A stretch of 64,000 bases of DNA from Alphaproteobacteria bacterium (lineage in GTDB: Bacteria; Pseudomonadota; Alphaproteobacteria; Sphingomonadales; Sphingomonadaceae): positions 716 through 64,715 of the forward strand of contig JBBCJP010000008.1 of the NCBI GenBank assembly GCA_037190625.1, written 5' to 3'. The translations under genes were made by a program, and so were the position numbers. Below are positions 19,918 to 29,873 of this stretch, in pieces. The notes beneath the pieces were generated by a model that searched no databases, was not told the origin of the DNA, and saw only the letters and a program-made list of their open reading frames with translations. Every line of letters begins with the position of its first letter. Within the stretch, counting starts at the first letter, position 1.

Positions 19918-22679
19918 TGCGCGGCGCCCCAGTTCGGGCCGGTGCCGATCTCGACGCCGAGCGGCACGTCGAGCTTCACCGCCGGCTCGGCGGCGCTTGC
20001 CATGACGCGGCGGATCACCGCGCTGGCCGCCTCGATATCGCCCTCCGGCACTTCGAAGACCAATTCGTCATGGACCTGCATCAGCATGCGGACATTGCCG
20101 AGCCCTTCGGCGGCGAGAGCCGGGCCGATGCGGGCCATGGCGCGCTTGATGATGTCGGCGGCGGTGCCCTGGATCGGCGCGTTGATCGCGGCGCGCTCTG
20201 CGCCCTGGCGCTCGTGCTGGATCTTGGAATCGAGGCGCGGGAAATGCGTCTTGCGGCCGAACAAAGTGGTGGTGAAGCCGCTTTCCTTCGCATGGGTCAG
20301 CGTGTCGCCGATATAGGCGCGGATGCCGGGGAAACGCTCGAAATAGCGGTCGATCATCTCCTGCGCCTCTTCCGGCGTGATCTCCAGCCGCCCGGCCAAG
20401 CCCCAGCGCGAGATGCCGTAGAGGATGGCGAAGTTGATCGTCTTGGCGCGCGCGCGGGTGTCGCGGTCGACCGTGCCGAACAGTTCCTGCGCGGTGCGGT
20501 TGTGAATGTCCTCGCCCGCTTCGAACGCGGCCTTCAGCGTCGGCACGTCGCACATATGGGCGGCGAGGCGCAGCTCGATCTGGCTGTAATCCGCCGCCAG
20601 CATGACGAAGCCCGGTTCGGCGACGAAGGCGTCGCGGATGCGCCGGCCGATTTCGGTGCGGATCGGGATGTTCATGAGGTTCGGATCGGTGGAGGCGAGC
20701 CGTCCGGTCTGCGCGCCGGAGAGGGAATAGGAGGTGTGGACGCGGCCGGTCTTGCCGTTGATCTGCTCCTGCAGCGCGTCGGTATAGGTGGACTTGAGCT
20801 TGGAAAGCTGCCGCCAGTCGAGCACCAGCTTCGCGATCGGCACGCCTTCGCGCCCCAGCCGCTCCAGCTCGTTGACGTCGGTGGACCAGGCCCCGGACTT
20901 GCCCTTGCGCCCGCCCGACAGGCCCATCTTGCCGAACAGGATTTCGCCAAGCTGCTGCGGCGACCCGATCGTGAAGCGGTCGCCCGCTTCGGCCCAGATC
21001 CTCTCCTCCAGCGCTCCGATCTGCGTGTTGAACTCGGCCGACAGGCTGGCCAGCACCTCGCGGTCCACCTTGACGCCAAGGCGCTCCATGCCGCCGATCA
21101 CGGCGACCATCGGCCGGTCCACCATCTCATAGACCCGCGAGGCTTTCTCGAACGGCAGGCGGCGGCGGAAGCGGTGCCACAGGCGCAGCGCCACATCGGC
21201 ATCCTCGGCGGCATATTCGGTCGCCTTGTCCACCGGCACCTTGTCGAACGTGATCTGCTTCTGCCCCGTGCCGCATAGCGATTTGTAGGGGATGCACTCG
21301 TGATCGAGATGCTTCTTCGCCAGATCGTCGAGCGCATGGCTGTTGAGCCCGCCGGCATCGAGGTTGAAGCTCATCACCAGCGTATCGTCATAGGGCGCGA
21401 TGGCGATGCCGCGCTGGCCGAGCACCACCCAGTCGAATTTCAGATTGTGGCCGATCTTGAGGATCGCGGGATCCTCCAGCACCGGCTTCAGCCTGTCCAG
21501 CACCAGTGCCGCATCGAGCTGCTCGGGCCGCTCGGCGAACATGTCATCGCCGCCATGCTCCAGCGGAATGTAGCAGGCCTTGTTGGGCGCGGTGGCGAGG
21601 CTGATGCCGACCAGCCGGGCGGACACGCTGTCCCGCCCGTCGGTTTCGGTGTCGATCGCGACATGGCCCTGTGTCCGGATGTCCGCGATCCAGGCGTCCA
21701 GCGCGGCCTCGTCCGTGACCGTCTCGTAAAGCGAACGGTCGATCGCCGGCTCGGGCGTCTCCGTGACGGCGGGCGCCGCGACGGCGGCCACCGGCGCGGC
21801 CGCCTGCGCCTGCACGCCGAGCCGCGCGAGCAAGGACTTGAAGCCATGCTCCTCGAGGAACGCCTGCAAAGGCTCCTTCGGAATCCCCTTGATCGCCAGG
21901 TCTTCGAGCGGCTCAGGCAAGGGCGCGTCGCTGATCAGCTCGACCAGCTGGCGCGACAGCCGCGCCATGTCGGCATGGGCGATCAGATTCTCGCGCATCT
22001 TGGAGGGCTTCATCTCCGGCGCCGCCGCCAGCACCGCCTCCACCGTGCCGAACTCCTGGATCAGCTTCGATGCCGTCTTGGGGCCGATGCCCGGCACGCC
22101 CGGCACATTGTCCACGCTGTCGCCCATCAGCGCCAGCACCTCGCCCACCTTCTCCGGCCCGACGCCGAACTTCTCGATCACCTGTTCCCGCCCGATCCGC
22201 CGGTCGTTCATCGTGTCGAGCATGTCGATCTTGCCGTCTTCGACGAGCTGCATCAGATCCTTGTCGGACGAGACGATCGTCACCTGCCAGCCGGCGGCGG
22301 CCGCCGCCTTGGCATAGCCGGCGATGATGTCGTCCGCCTCCAGCCCCATTTCCTCGATGCAGGGTATGGAAAAGGCGCGGGTGGCGTCGCGGATCAGCGG
22401 GAATTGCGGCACCAGCTCGGGCGGCGCGGGCGGGCGGTTCGCCTTATACTGGTCGTACAGCTCGTTGCGGTGCGTGCTTTCGGACGCATCGAGGATCACC
22501 GCCAGATGGGTCGGCCCGTCCGCCTTGTTCAGGCTGTCGGCCAGCTTCCACAGCATGGTCGTATAGCCATAGACCGCGCCGACATTGAGCCCATGCCGGT
22601 TGGTCAGCGGCGGCAGCCGGTGAAAGGCGCGGAAAATATAGCTGGAGCCGTCGACGAGATAGAGGTGCGGAGAGGACAT
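19914..22679 (-). CDS. polA: DNA polymerase I
   Basis: LYLVDGSSYIFRAF 5'-3' exonuclease, 3'-5' exonuclease domain, ADYSQIELR, AKTINFAILYG, QVHDEL. Confidence 0.99.
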   Translation of the reverse strand: MSSPHLYLVDGSSYIFRAFHRLPPLTNRHGLNVGAVYGYTTMLWKLADSLNKADGPTHLAVILDASESTHRNELYDQYKANRPPAPPELVPQFPLIRDATRAFSIPCIEEMGLEADDIIAGYAKAAAAAGWQVTIVSSDKDLMQLVEDGKIDMLDTMNDRRIGREQVIEKFGVGPEKVGEVLALMGDSVDNVPGVPGIGPKTASKLIQEFGTVEAVLAAAPEMKPSKMRENLIAHADMARLSRQLVELISDAPLPEPLEDLAIKGIPKEPLQAFLEEHGFKSLLARLGVQAQAAAPVAAVAAPAVTETPEPAIDRSLYETVTDEAALDAWIADIRTQGHVAIDTETDGRDSVSARLVGISLATAPNKACYIPLEHGGDDMFAERPEQLDAALVLDRLKPVLEDPAILKIGHNLKFDWVVLGQRGIAIAPYDDTLVMSFNLDAGGLNSHALDDLAKKHLDHECIPYKSLCGTGQKQITFDKVPVDKATEYAAEDADVALRLWHRFRRRLPFEKASRVYEMVDRPMVAVIGGMERLGVKVDREVLASLSAEFNTQIGALEERIWAEAGDRFTIGSPQQLGEILFGKMGLSGGRKGKSGAWSTDVNELERLGREGVPIAKLVLDWRQLSKLKSTYTDALQEQINGKTGRVHTSYSLSGAQTGRLASTDPNLMNIPIRTEIGRRIRDAFVAEPGFVMLAADYSQIELRLAAHMCDVPTLKAAFEAGEDIHNRTAQELFGTVDRDTRARAKTINFAILYGISRWGLAGRLEITPEEAQEMIDRYFERFPGIRAYIGDTLTHAKESGFTTTLFGRKTHFPRLDSKIQHERQGAERAAINAPIQGTAADIIKRAMARIGPALAAEGLGNVRMLMQVHDELVFEVPEGDIEAASAVIRRVMASAAEPAVKLDVPLGVEIGTGPNWGAAH

Positions 22680-22756
22680 CCGGCCTGTCTAGCCTCTGGC
22701 GCGGGGAGCGGGAAGGGTAAGGCTGCGTTCAAGGAGCGGGAGTTAGGCGAGGTGTA

Positions 22757-23593
22757 ATGAAACGCCGCGATTTCATGTTGATGGGCCTTGCGCTGGGGCT
22801 GACGGGCCTGCCCGGCCTCGCCGCCGCGCAGCCCTTCCGGCCGACCCGCTTCTCGGTCGAGCTGCTCGGACGCGGGCCGGACGTGCTGCTGATTCCCGGG
22901 CTCACGGCCGGGCGGGATGTCTGGCGCGACACCGCCGCCGCGACGCCGGGCTATCGCTATCATCTCCTCCAGGTCGCGGGCTTTGCCGGCGCGCCGGCGG
23001 GCGGCAATGCGCAGGGGCCGGTGGTCGATCCGCTCGCCAGGGAGATCGCGCGCTATATCGAGGCGAACGGCCTGAGGCGCCCCGCCATCGTCGGCCATTC
23101 GATGGGCGGCACGCTGGCGATGATGATCGCCGCGCGCCGGCCGGAGCTGGCCGGCCGGGTCATGGTGGTGGACATGCTGCCGCAGCCCGCCAGTCTGTTC
23201 GGCGGCAGCGCCTCGGGCTGGGGGCCGCTCGCCCGCGATCTCGGCACGATGCTCGATTCCCCCGGCGGTCGGCAGCTTTTCGCCAACATCATGGGTGCGT
23301 TCAGTCCGCCCAACACCGCCAATCGCCGCAGCGATCCCGACGTGGTCGGCCGCGCCGCCCGCGATCTCGCCGGAATGGACCTGGCGAACGATCTCCCCCG
23401 CATCCGCGCCCCGCTGACCGTGGTCTACGCCTCGCCCGATCCGCGCGCGCGGGCCGCGATCGACCGCAGCTTTATCCAGGCCTATGCTCCCGCCCGCGGC
23501 GCCCGCCTCGTCCGTATCGACGACAGCGGCCACATGGTGATGCAGGACCAGCCGGCGGCGTTCCGCCGGGCGTTCAGGGCATTTCTGGGCTAA
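22757..23593 (+). CDS. Alpha/beta hydrolase with Tat-like signal
   Basis: MKRRDF twin-arginine leader, LIPG, GHSMGG nucleophile, SGHMVM. Confidence 0.85.
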   Translation: MKRRDFMLMGLALGLTGLPGLAAAQPFRPTRFSVELLGRGPDVLLIPGLTAGRDVWRDTAAATPGYRYHLLQVAGFAGAPAGGNAQGPVVDPLAREIARYIEANGLRRPAIVGHSMGGTLAMMIAARRPELAGRVMVVDMLPQPASLFGGSASGWGPLARDLGTMLDSPGGRQLFANIMGAFSPPNTANRRSDPDVVGRAARDLAGMDLANDLPRIRAPLTVVYASPDPRARAAIDRSFIQAYAPARGARLVRIDDSGHMVMQDQPAAFRRAFRAFLG

Positions 23594-24576
23594 CGTCTCC
23601 CGGAGCCGGCGCAGGCGGCGGCGATCGGGCGCAGCGCGGCGGTCGATCCATCCAGTGAGAGATATTCGGTGGGCAGCCAATAATCGCCATTGGAACTGCT
23701 GACATGAAATTCGATCGAGTCCCCCGCCCCGGCGAGGAGCCCATAGGCGCGCGGCGGGATGGCCCCGGCAAATTCGCGGGCTTCGGAAAGAGGATCGAGC
23801 CGGATCAGTTGCTCCTCGCTCTGGCTGCCCAGCGCCAGCACGAGCTGGCGGCCGGGTGGCGGCAGCGGGAGATTGCCGCCCTGCGCGTTGGCGCCGAGCC
23901 GCAGCGTCATGACCGGCACGCCTTCCACGCATCGCACCAGAGCCAGCGGGATTTGCGTATGGCCGCGCAGCAGCGCCAGCGGTCCGGTCGCCGCCGATCC
24001 GGCATGTGCTTCCCAGCGCGGCCGCGCCGGTGGCGGGGCGTTCTCCCGGGCGACCCGTGCGGCGAGTTCGGGCGGTTCGCGGTTGAGCCGAGTGGTGGTC
24101 CAGGCGCTGCCGTTCCAGCTCATCGCCACATAGCAGGCCTCCGCGCCGACCCGGCCGCAGGCCGATCCGTGCATGCCGGTGGCGAGGCCCTGGCGGCCGT
24201 TGGGCAAGGTGACCAGGGCATAGACCTGGATATTGCTGGCATAGACCTGCCGCAGGCGATTGCCTTCGGAGATCAGGACGATTTGGGTGCATCCCGCCGA
24301 TCCGCAATGCTGGGAATAGCCGAATGCCGAGCAATGAAGGGCGGCCGGGGAAACGATATAATCTGGACGGTTGTCGCCGTTGAAGTCGGCCGTTTCGTAA
24401 AAGCCGGTGGGATCGGCGATGAAGCGTCCGCCCGCGCTGCGGCATTCGGCCAGCGCCTCGTCGAAAATCCGGCGCACTTCCGGCGGCGGGCCGCTCGGGG
24501 CCTGTGCCGCCACGGCGGATGGAAGAAGCAGGGACGCTAAAAGCAGAACGCGTTGCGCAACCGATACAAAACCCAC
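23590..24576 (-). CDS. Secreted cysteine-containing hypothetical protein
   Basis: Signal peptide, ADFNGDNRPDY Ca-binding-like loop, several Cys pairs (CGSAGC), second C-terminal domain. Confidence 0.7.
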   Translation of the reverse strand: MGFVSVAQRVLLLASLLLPSAVAAQAPSGPPPEVRRIFDEALAECRSAGGRFIADPTGFYETADFNGDNRPDYIVSPAALHCSAFGYSQHCGSAGCTQIVLISEGNRLRQVYASNIQVYALVTLPNGRQGLATGMHGSACGRVGAEACYVAMSWNGSAWTTTRLNREPPELAARVARENAPPPARPRWEAHAGSAATGPLALLRGHTQIPLALVRCVEGVPVMTLRLGANAQGGNLPLPPPGRQLVLALGSQSEEQLIRLDPLSEAREFAGAIPPRAYGLLAGAGDSIEFHVSSSNGDYWLPTEYLSLDGSTAALRPIAAACAGSGRR

Positions 24577-24647
24577 CGCGACACCCCCCAGATGGATCGT
24601 TGGTCCGTCAGGCCTATCGACCGCTCCTTATGGAGGCAAGCCGGCCG

Positions 24648-26237
24648 TTACGGCGCCAGCACGGTGTCCGCCGCTTTGGCCAGGGTCTTCGGGTAATCCA
24701 GCGTGTAGTGCAGGCCCCGGCTTTCCTTGCGGCGCAGCGCCGAACGGACGATCAGGTCGGCGGTCTGGAGAAGGTTTCTGAGTTCCACCAGGTCCGGCGT
24801 CACCCGGAAATGCCCGTAATAATCCTCCACCTCGCCGGTCAGCAGCTTGATCCTGTGCGCCGCGCGCTCCAGCCGCTTGGTCGTCCGCACGATGCCGACA
24901 TAATTCCACATGAAGCGGCGGATCTCGGTCCAGTTCTGCTTGATGACGACTTCCTCGTCGGAATCGGCCACGCGGCTTTCGTCCCACGGGCGGATCGCGG
25001 GTGGCGTCGGCAGATCGTCCCAGCTCGCCGCGATGTGCCGCGCCGCCGCCTCGCCGAACACGAAGCATTCGAGCAGGGAGTTGGAGGCGAGGCGGTTTGC
25101 TCCGTGCAGCCCGGATTCGCTGACCTCGCCGGCGGCGTAGAGGCCGGGCAGATCGGTGCGCCCGTCCAGATCGATGACCACCCCGCCGCAGGTATAATGC
25201 TGGGCGGGAACGACCGGGATCGGATCCGTCGTGATGTCGATGCCGAGCTCGAGCAGCCGCGCGTGGATGTTCGGGAAATGCCCCTTCACGAACTCCGGCG
25301 GCTGGTGGCTGATGTCGAGATGGACGTAATCGAGGCCGAGCCGCTTGATCTCATGGTCGATCGCGCGGGCGACCACGTCGCGCGGCGCCAGCTCGGCGCG
25401 CGCGTCGAAATCGGGCATGAAGCGGTGGCCAGTGTCGGGAATCTTCAGATGCCCGCCCTCGCCGCGCACCGCCTCGGTGATCAGGAAGTTCTTGACCTCC
25501 AGATTGTAGAGGCAGGTCGGGTGGAATTGCATGAATTCCATGTTCGCCACCCGGCATCCGGCGCGCCAGGCCATGGCGATGCCGTCGCCGGTCGCGCCGC
25601 GCGGGGCGGTGGAGAAGAGATAGACGCGCCCCGCCCCGCCGGTCGCCAATATGGTGGCGCGCGCGATGAAGGTCTCGACCTTCCCCCTCTTCCGGTTCAG
25701 CGCATAGACGCCCCAGACATGGCCGTCGCCCGAATAGCGCTCGCCATGCCGGCTGGTGACGAGATCGATCGCCACCATGTCGGGGATGAGGGTGATGTTG
25801 GGATGGGCGGCGGCCGCGCGCTCCAGCGCCTCCTGCACCGCCCAGCCGGTCGCGTCGTCGACATGGACGATGCGGCGGTGGCTGTGCCCGCCCTCGCGGG
25901 TCAGGTGCCAGCTGCTCTTGTCCTCGGCGACGTTGAACGGCACGCCCAGCTCCGCCAGCCGGGCGATCGCCGCTGGGGCGTTCTCGACGACGAACTCGAC
26001 CGTTGCGCGCTTGTTGAGGCCGGCGCCGGCGATCATCGTGTCCTCGATATGGCTTTCGAACGTGTCGCCCGGCTCCAGCACCGCGGCGATGCCGCCCTGG
26101 GCCCAGGCGGTCGATCCCTCGTTCAGCGCGCCCTTGGCGATCACTGCGACCTTGAAGCGCGGCGCCAGATTCAGCGCTGCCGTAAGCCCCGCCGCGCCGG
26201 AGCCGATGACGAGCACGTCATAGGCATGTTCAGCCAT
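24648..26237 (-). CDS. nadB: L-aspartate oxidase
   Basis: GSGAAGL, STAWAQGGIAA, REGGHSHRRIVH, QFHPT, HGANRLASNSLLE. Confidence 0.97.
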   Translation of the reverse strand: MAEHAYDVLVIGSGAAGLTAALNLAPRFKVAVIAKGALNEGSTAWAQGGIAAVLEPGDTFESHIEDTMIAGAGLNKRATVEFVVENAPAAIARLAELGVPFNVAEDKSSWHLTREGGHSHRRIVHVDDATGWAVQEALERAAAAHPNITLIPDMVAIDLVTSRHGERYSGDGHVWGVYALNRKRGKVETFIARATILATGGAGRVYLFSTAPRGATGDGIAMAWRAGCRVANMEFMQFHPTCLYNLEVKNFLITEAVRGEGGHLKIPDTGHRFMPDFDARAELAPRDVVARAIDHEIKRLGLDYVHLDISHQPPEFVKGHFPNIHARLLELGIDITTDPIPVVPAQHYTCGGVVIDLDGRTDLPGLYAAGEVSESGLHGANRLASNSLLECFVFGEAAARHIAASWDDLPTPPAIRPWDESRVADSDEEVVIKQNWTEIRRFMWNYVGIVRTTKRLERAAHRIKLLTGEVEDYYGHFRVTPDLVELRNLLQTADLIVRSALRRKESRGLHYTLDYPKTLAKAADTVLAP

Positions 26238-27159
26238 CGGTGCCGGTCGCCCGGGTGAGGTTCAGGAACACATCCTCCAGATCCGCCTCGCGGGTCGAGA
26301 CGTCGACGATACCCAGTCCTTCGCGCTGGAGCGCGGCGAGCACGTCGCCGGCATTCACCTTGTCCTTGCGATAGGTGATCGCCAGCACCCGCTCGCCTTT
26401 CAGCTCCACCTTCTCGAACGGCGCGGCGTCGGGGGCATGGGCGATGTCGCGGTCGGTGACGACCTCGACCACCTTCTCCTGCGCCATGCCGACCAGGTCG
26501 CGCGTCGCCTCGTTCGCGATCACCTTGCCGTGATTGATGATCGCGATCCGGTCGCAAAGCTCCTCGGCTTCCTCCAGATAATGCGTGGTGAGCACGATCG
26601 TGACGCCCTGCGCATGGAGCGAGCGGACATAGTCCCAAAGCTGCTGGCGCAGCTCCACGTCGACGCCCGCGGTCGGCTCGTCGAGCACCAGGATGGGCGG
26701 CGAATGGACCATCGCCTTGGCGACCAGCAGCCGGCGCTTCATGCCGCCCGACAGGGTGCGCGCATAAGCGTTGGCCTTGTCCTCCAGCCGCACCGCGCGC
26801 AGCAGCTCCATCGATCGCCGTTCGGCCTTGGGGATGCCGTAGAGGCCGGCGAACAATTCCAGCGTCTCGAACGGGGTGAAGAAGGGATCGAACAGGATTT
26901 CCTGCGGCACCACGCCGATCGCCCGCTTGGCGTTGCGCGGATGGGCGTCGATGTCGAAGCCCCAGATGGAGGCGGTGCCGCCGGTCTTCATCACCATCCC
27001 GGCCAGGATGTTGATCGTCGTCGATTTGCCGGCGCCGTTGGGGCCGAGCAGCCCGAAAATCTGGCCGCGCGGCACGTCCAGCGAAATCCCGTCGAGCGCG
27101 CGCTTGCCACCCTGATAGGTCTTTTCCAGATCGCGGATCGAAATCGCGGCGTCGTCCAT
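26230..27159 (-). CDS. ABC transporter ATP-binding protein (YadG-like)
   Basis: GPNGAGKST, LSGGMKRR, LDEPT, TTHY; start ATG 27159. Confidence 0.92.
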   Translation of the reverse strand: MDDAAISIRDLEKTYQGGKRALDGISLDVPRGQIFGLLGPNGAGKSTTINILAGMVMKTGGTASIWGFDIDAHPRNAKRAIGVVPQEILFDPFFTPFETLELFAGLYGIPKAERRSMELLRAVRLEDKANAYARTLSGGMKRRLLVAKAMVHSPPILVLDEPTAGVDVELRQQLWDYVRSLHAQGVTIVLTTHYLEEAEELCDRIAIINHGKVIANEATRDLVGMAQEKVVEVVTDRDIAHAPDAAPFEKVELKGERVLAITYRKDKVNAGDVLAALQREGLGIVDVSTREADLEDVFLNLTRATGTDG

Positions 27160-27250
27160 GGCGAACCGCATAGCCGCCTTCACGGCCCACGAAAAGCGGG
27201 GCGCGCACGGCGGATTGTCGTGCGCGCGGGCGCTTGCTAAGGCGCGGATC

Positions 27251-27448
27251 ATGGCTGCCACCGATCCCCTCGTGCCCGAAACCGCTTATGTGACCGGCAC
27301 CCGCGTCGCCTGCGACGGCGCGACGGAAATCTCGCCCGCGCTCGGCCATCCGCGCGTCTTCCTGCAGATCGACGAGAAGGGCTATGTCGACTGCGGCTAT
27401 TGCGACAAGCGCTTCATCCTGAGGGGCGGCCCGGCGGACCGAGCCTAG
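27251..27448 (+). CDS. zf-CHCC zinc-finger protein (NDUFS6-like)
   Basis: VACDG...LGHPRVFL...CGYC signature; start ATG 27251. Confidence 0.85.
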   Translation: MAATDPLVPETAYVTGTRVACDGATEISPALGHPRVFLQIDEKGYVDCGYCDKRFILRGGPADRA

Positions 27449-27456
27449 CTTTCCCT

Positions 27457-27486
27457 CGTCATTGCGAGCGCAGCGAAGCAATCCAG
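27457..27486 (+). repeat. CGTC-type REP copy 1 (left of GIY-YIG gene)
   Basis: CGTCATTGCGAGCGCAGCGAAGCAATCCAG. Confidence 0.9.
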
Positions 27487-27497
27487 TTCGGCGCCGG

Positions 27498-27785
27498 TCA
27501 ATGGATGATGCTCTCGTAAAGATCGAGCCAGTCCGGGTTCATCGCTTCGATCAGCGCCAGCTTTTTCGCCCGTGAACCGGCCTTGATCTGCTTTTCGCGC
27601 AGGATGGCGGCGCTCATATCGCCGTGCAGTTCATACCAGACCAGTATCTTACAGCCGTAGCGGGCGGTGAAGCCCACCGATCCGTTCTTGTGCTGCCAGA
27701 TTCGCGCGATGAGATCGGACGTTACGCCGGCATAGAGTGTTCCGTTGCGCCGGCTGGCCACGATGTAGACGGCGGGCTGCTTCAT
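27498..27785 (-). CDS. Stand-alone GIY-YIG nuclease (YhbQ/UPF0213-like), 95 aa
   Basis: VYIVAS..NGTLYAGVTSDL..RIWQH, WYE...AILREKQIK, NPDWLDLY; start ATG 27785. Confidence 0.9.
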   Translation of the reverse strand: MKQPAVYIVASRRNGTLYAGVTSDLIARIWQHKNGSVGFTARYGCKILVWYELHGDMSAAILREKQIKAGSRAKKLALIEAMNPDWLDLYESIIH

Positions 27786-27795
27786 CCACACCGTT

Positions 27796-27826
27796 CTGGA
27801 TTGCTTCGCTGTCGCTCGCAATGACG
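27796..27826 (-). repeat. CGTC-type REP copy 2, inverted (right of GIY-YIG gene)
   Basis: Reverse complement is CGTCATTGCGAGCGACAGCGAAGCAATCCAG, one base different from copy 1. Confidence 0.9.
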
Positions 27827-27838
27827 AAAAAGGAAGCT

Positions 27839-27872
27839 CGTCATTGCGAGCCCATAGGGCGCGGCAATCCAG
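27839..27872 (+). repeat. CGTC-type REP copy 3 (variant)
   Basis: CGTCATTGCGAGCCCATAGGGCGCGGCAATCCAG. Confidence 0.85.
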
Positions 27873-27915
27873 TCCGGCCTTCGACAAGTGCGTCTGAGCA
27901 CCCTATATCCTCCAG

Positions 27916-29340
27916 ATGACACCCGATCCCCGCCGCTTCCTCTATCGCCCCGCCGGCCTCGATCCCGATGCCGCGCTTCGTCTCACCGCCGATGCCCTGA
28001 AGGGCTGCGACGATGGCGAGCTCTATCTGCAATATACCGCCTCGGAGAGCTTCAGCTTCGACGACGGCCGGCTGAAGACCGCCGATTTCAACACCCAGGC
28101 GGGCTTCGGCCTGCGCGGCGTGTCCGGCGAGACGACGGCCTTCGCCCAGGCCAACGACATCAGCGAGGCGGGGATCCGCCGCGCCGCCGAGACGATGGCG
28201 GTGCTCGATCCGGCCAAAGGTGCGCGCGCCGCGCCGCCCCGGCGCACCAATGCCAATCTCTACACCGATGCCGATCCGCTGAGCCTGATCCCGTTCGCGA
28301 AGAAGGTCGCGCTCTGCCAGCAGATCGACGCCGCCGCGCGCGCGCGCGACCCGCGCGTCGCGCAGGTCTCGGTGAGCCTGGCGGGCAACTGGAGCGTGAT
28401 CGAGATCGTCCGGCCGGACGGCTTCGTCGCCCATGACGTGCGCCCGCTGGTGCGGCTCAACGTCCAGATCATGGTCGAGCAGAACGGCCGGCGCGAGACC
28501 GGCTATCACGGCCTTGGCGGCCGCTATCTCTATGACGAGCTGTTCGAGCCCGCGACCTGGAACCGCGCGATCGACGTCGCGCTGGCCCAGGCCCTGGTCA
28601 ATCTCGACTCCGTCGCGGCGCCGGCGGGCGAGATGACGGTCGTGCTCGGCCCCGGCTGGCCCGGCGTGCTGCTGCACGAGGCGGTTGGCCATGGGCTGGA
28701 GGGCGATTTCAACCGCAAGGGCACGTCGGCATTCTCCGGCCGGATCGGCGAGCGGGTCGCCGCCCCCGGCGTCACCGTGATCGACGACGGCGCCATGGGT
28801 GCGCGGCGCGGCTCGCTCACCATCGACGACGAAGGCACGCCGACGCAGCGCAACGTGCTGATCGAGGACGGCATCCTGAAGGGCTATATCCAGGACCGGA
28901 TGAACGCACGGCTGATGGGCGTCGAACCGACCGGCAACGGGCGCCGGGAAAGCTTCGCCCATGCCCCGATGCCGCGCATGACCAACACCTTCATGCTCGG
29001 CGGCAAGGACGATCCGCGCGAGATCCTCGCCCGCGCGAAGAACGGCATCTATGCCAAAAGCTTCGGCGGCGGGCAGGTGGATATCACCTCGGGCAAGTTC
29101 GTCTTCTCCTGCACCGAGGCCTACCGGATCGAGGACGGCAAGCTGGGCGCGCCGATCAAGGGCGCGACCCTGATCGGCGACGGGCCGACCGTGCTTACGC
29201 AGGTGAAGGCGATCGGCGACGACATGGCGCTGGACGAGGGCATCGGCATTTGCGGCAAGGGCGGACAGTCCGTCCCCGCCGGCGTCGGCCAGCCCACCCT
29301 GCTGATCGAGGGACTGACGGTGGGCGGCACCGCCGCATGA
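27916..29340 (+). CDS. tldD: Metalloprotease TldD
   Basis: GPGWPGVLLHEAVGHGLEGDFNRKG, PRMTNT, CGKGGQSVPAGVGQPT. Confidence 0.97.
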   Translation: MTPDPRRFLYRPAGLDPDAALRLTADALKGCDDGELYLQYTASESFSFDDGRLKTADFNTQAGFGLRGVSGETTAFAQANDISEAGIRRAAETMAVLDPAKGARAAPPRRTNANLYTDADPLSLIPFAKKVALCQQIDAAARARDPRVAQVSVSLAGNWSVIEIVRPDGFVAHDVRPLVRLNVQIMVEQNGRRETGYHGLGGRYLYDELFEPATWNRAIDVALAQALVNLDSVAAPAGEMTVVLGPGWPGVLLHEAVGHGLEGDFNRKGTSAFSGRIGERVAAPGVTVIDDGAMGARRGSLTIDDEGTPTQRNVLIEDGILKGYIQDRMNARLMGVEPTGNGRRESFAHAPMPRMTNTFMLGGKDDPREILARAKNGIYAKSFGGGQVDITSGKFVFSCTEAYRIEDGKLGAPIKGATLIGDGPTVLTQVKAIGDDMALDEGIGICGKGGQSVPAGVGQPTLLIEGLTVGGTAA

Positions 29341-29873
29341 CGCTCGCCTGGACGCGCGATCTGCTCGATTTCTGGTTCGCGCATCCGGACGATTGGTGGT
29401 GTGGAGACAAAAGCTTCGACGATGAGATCCGCACCCGCTTCCTCGATCTGTGGAAGTCCGAGCGGGAGCGGCCGGTGATCGATTTCCTCTACGGTGAGGA
29501 CGATGCGCTCGCCGCCGTGATCCTGTTCGATCAGTTTCCGCGCAACATGTTCCGGGATCATGTCGATCAGTTCGCGACCGACCATATCGCGCTCGCCGTC
29601 GCCAAGAATGCAGTGGAGCTCGATTACGATCACGACATGACGAAGGATCAGCGGGCCTTCCTCTACATGCCCTTTCAGCACAGCGAGGATGCCAAGGATC
29701 AGCTTCAGTCGCTGCTGCTCTTCACCGCATTGGGCGACGACGAAATGCTCGATTATGCCCGCAAGCACCATGACGTCATCGAGCGGTTCGGCCGCTTCCC
29801 GCACCGCAATGCGATCCTGGGGCGAAAGCCGACCGCGATGGAGCGGGCGGCGGGCGACGTGGTGCCCTGGTAA
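29337..29873 (+). CDS. DUF924 family protein
   Basis: LLDFWF, LFDQFPRNMFR, FLYMPFQHSED, FGRFPHRNAILGR. Confidence 0.92.
   Translation: MTLAWTRDLLDFWFAHPDDWWCGDKSFDDEIRTRFLDLWKSERERPVIDFLYGEDDALAAVILFDQFPRNMFRDHVDQFATDHIALAVAKNAVELDYDHDMTKDQRAFLYMPFQHSEDAKDQLQSLLLFTALGDDEMLDYARKHHDVIERFGRFPHRNAILGRKPTAMERAAGDVVPW

Noticed and set aside
27457-27872. Clustered 30-bp repeats as a mini CRISPR array
   Set aside because: The copies are inverted, irregularly spaced and enclose a gene; no cas genes are present.
27876-27906. CCTTCGACAAG as another copy of repeat family A
   Set aside because: The match is only about 11 nt. The segment reads equally well as an RpoH-like promoter (..CCCTATAT) for tldD, so it was left uncalled.
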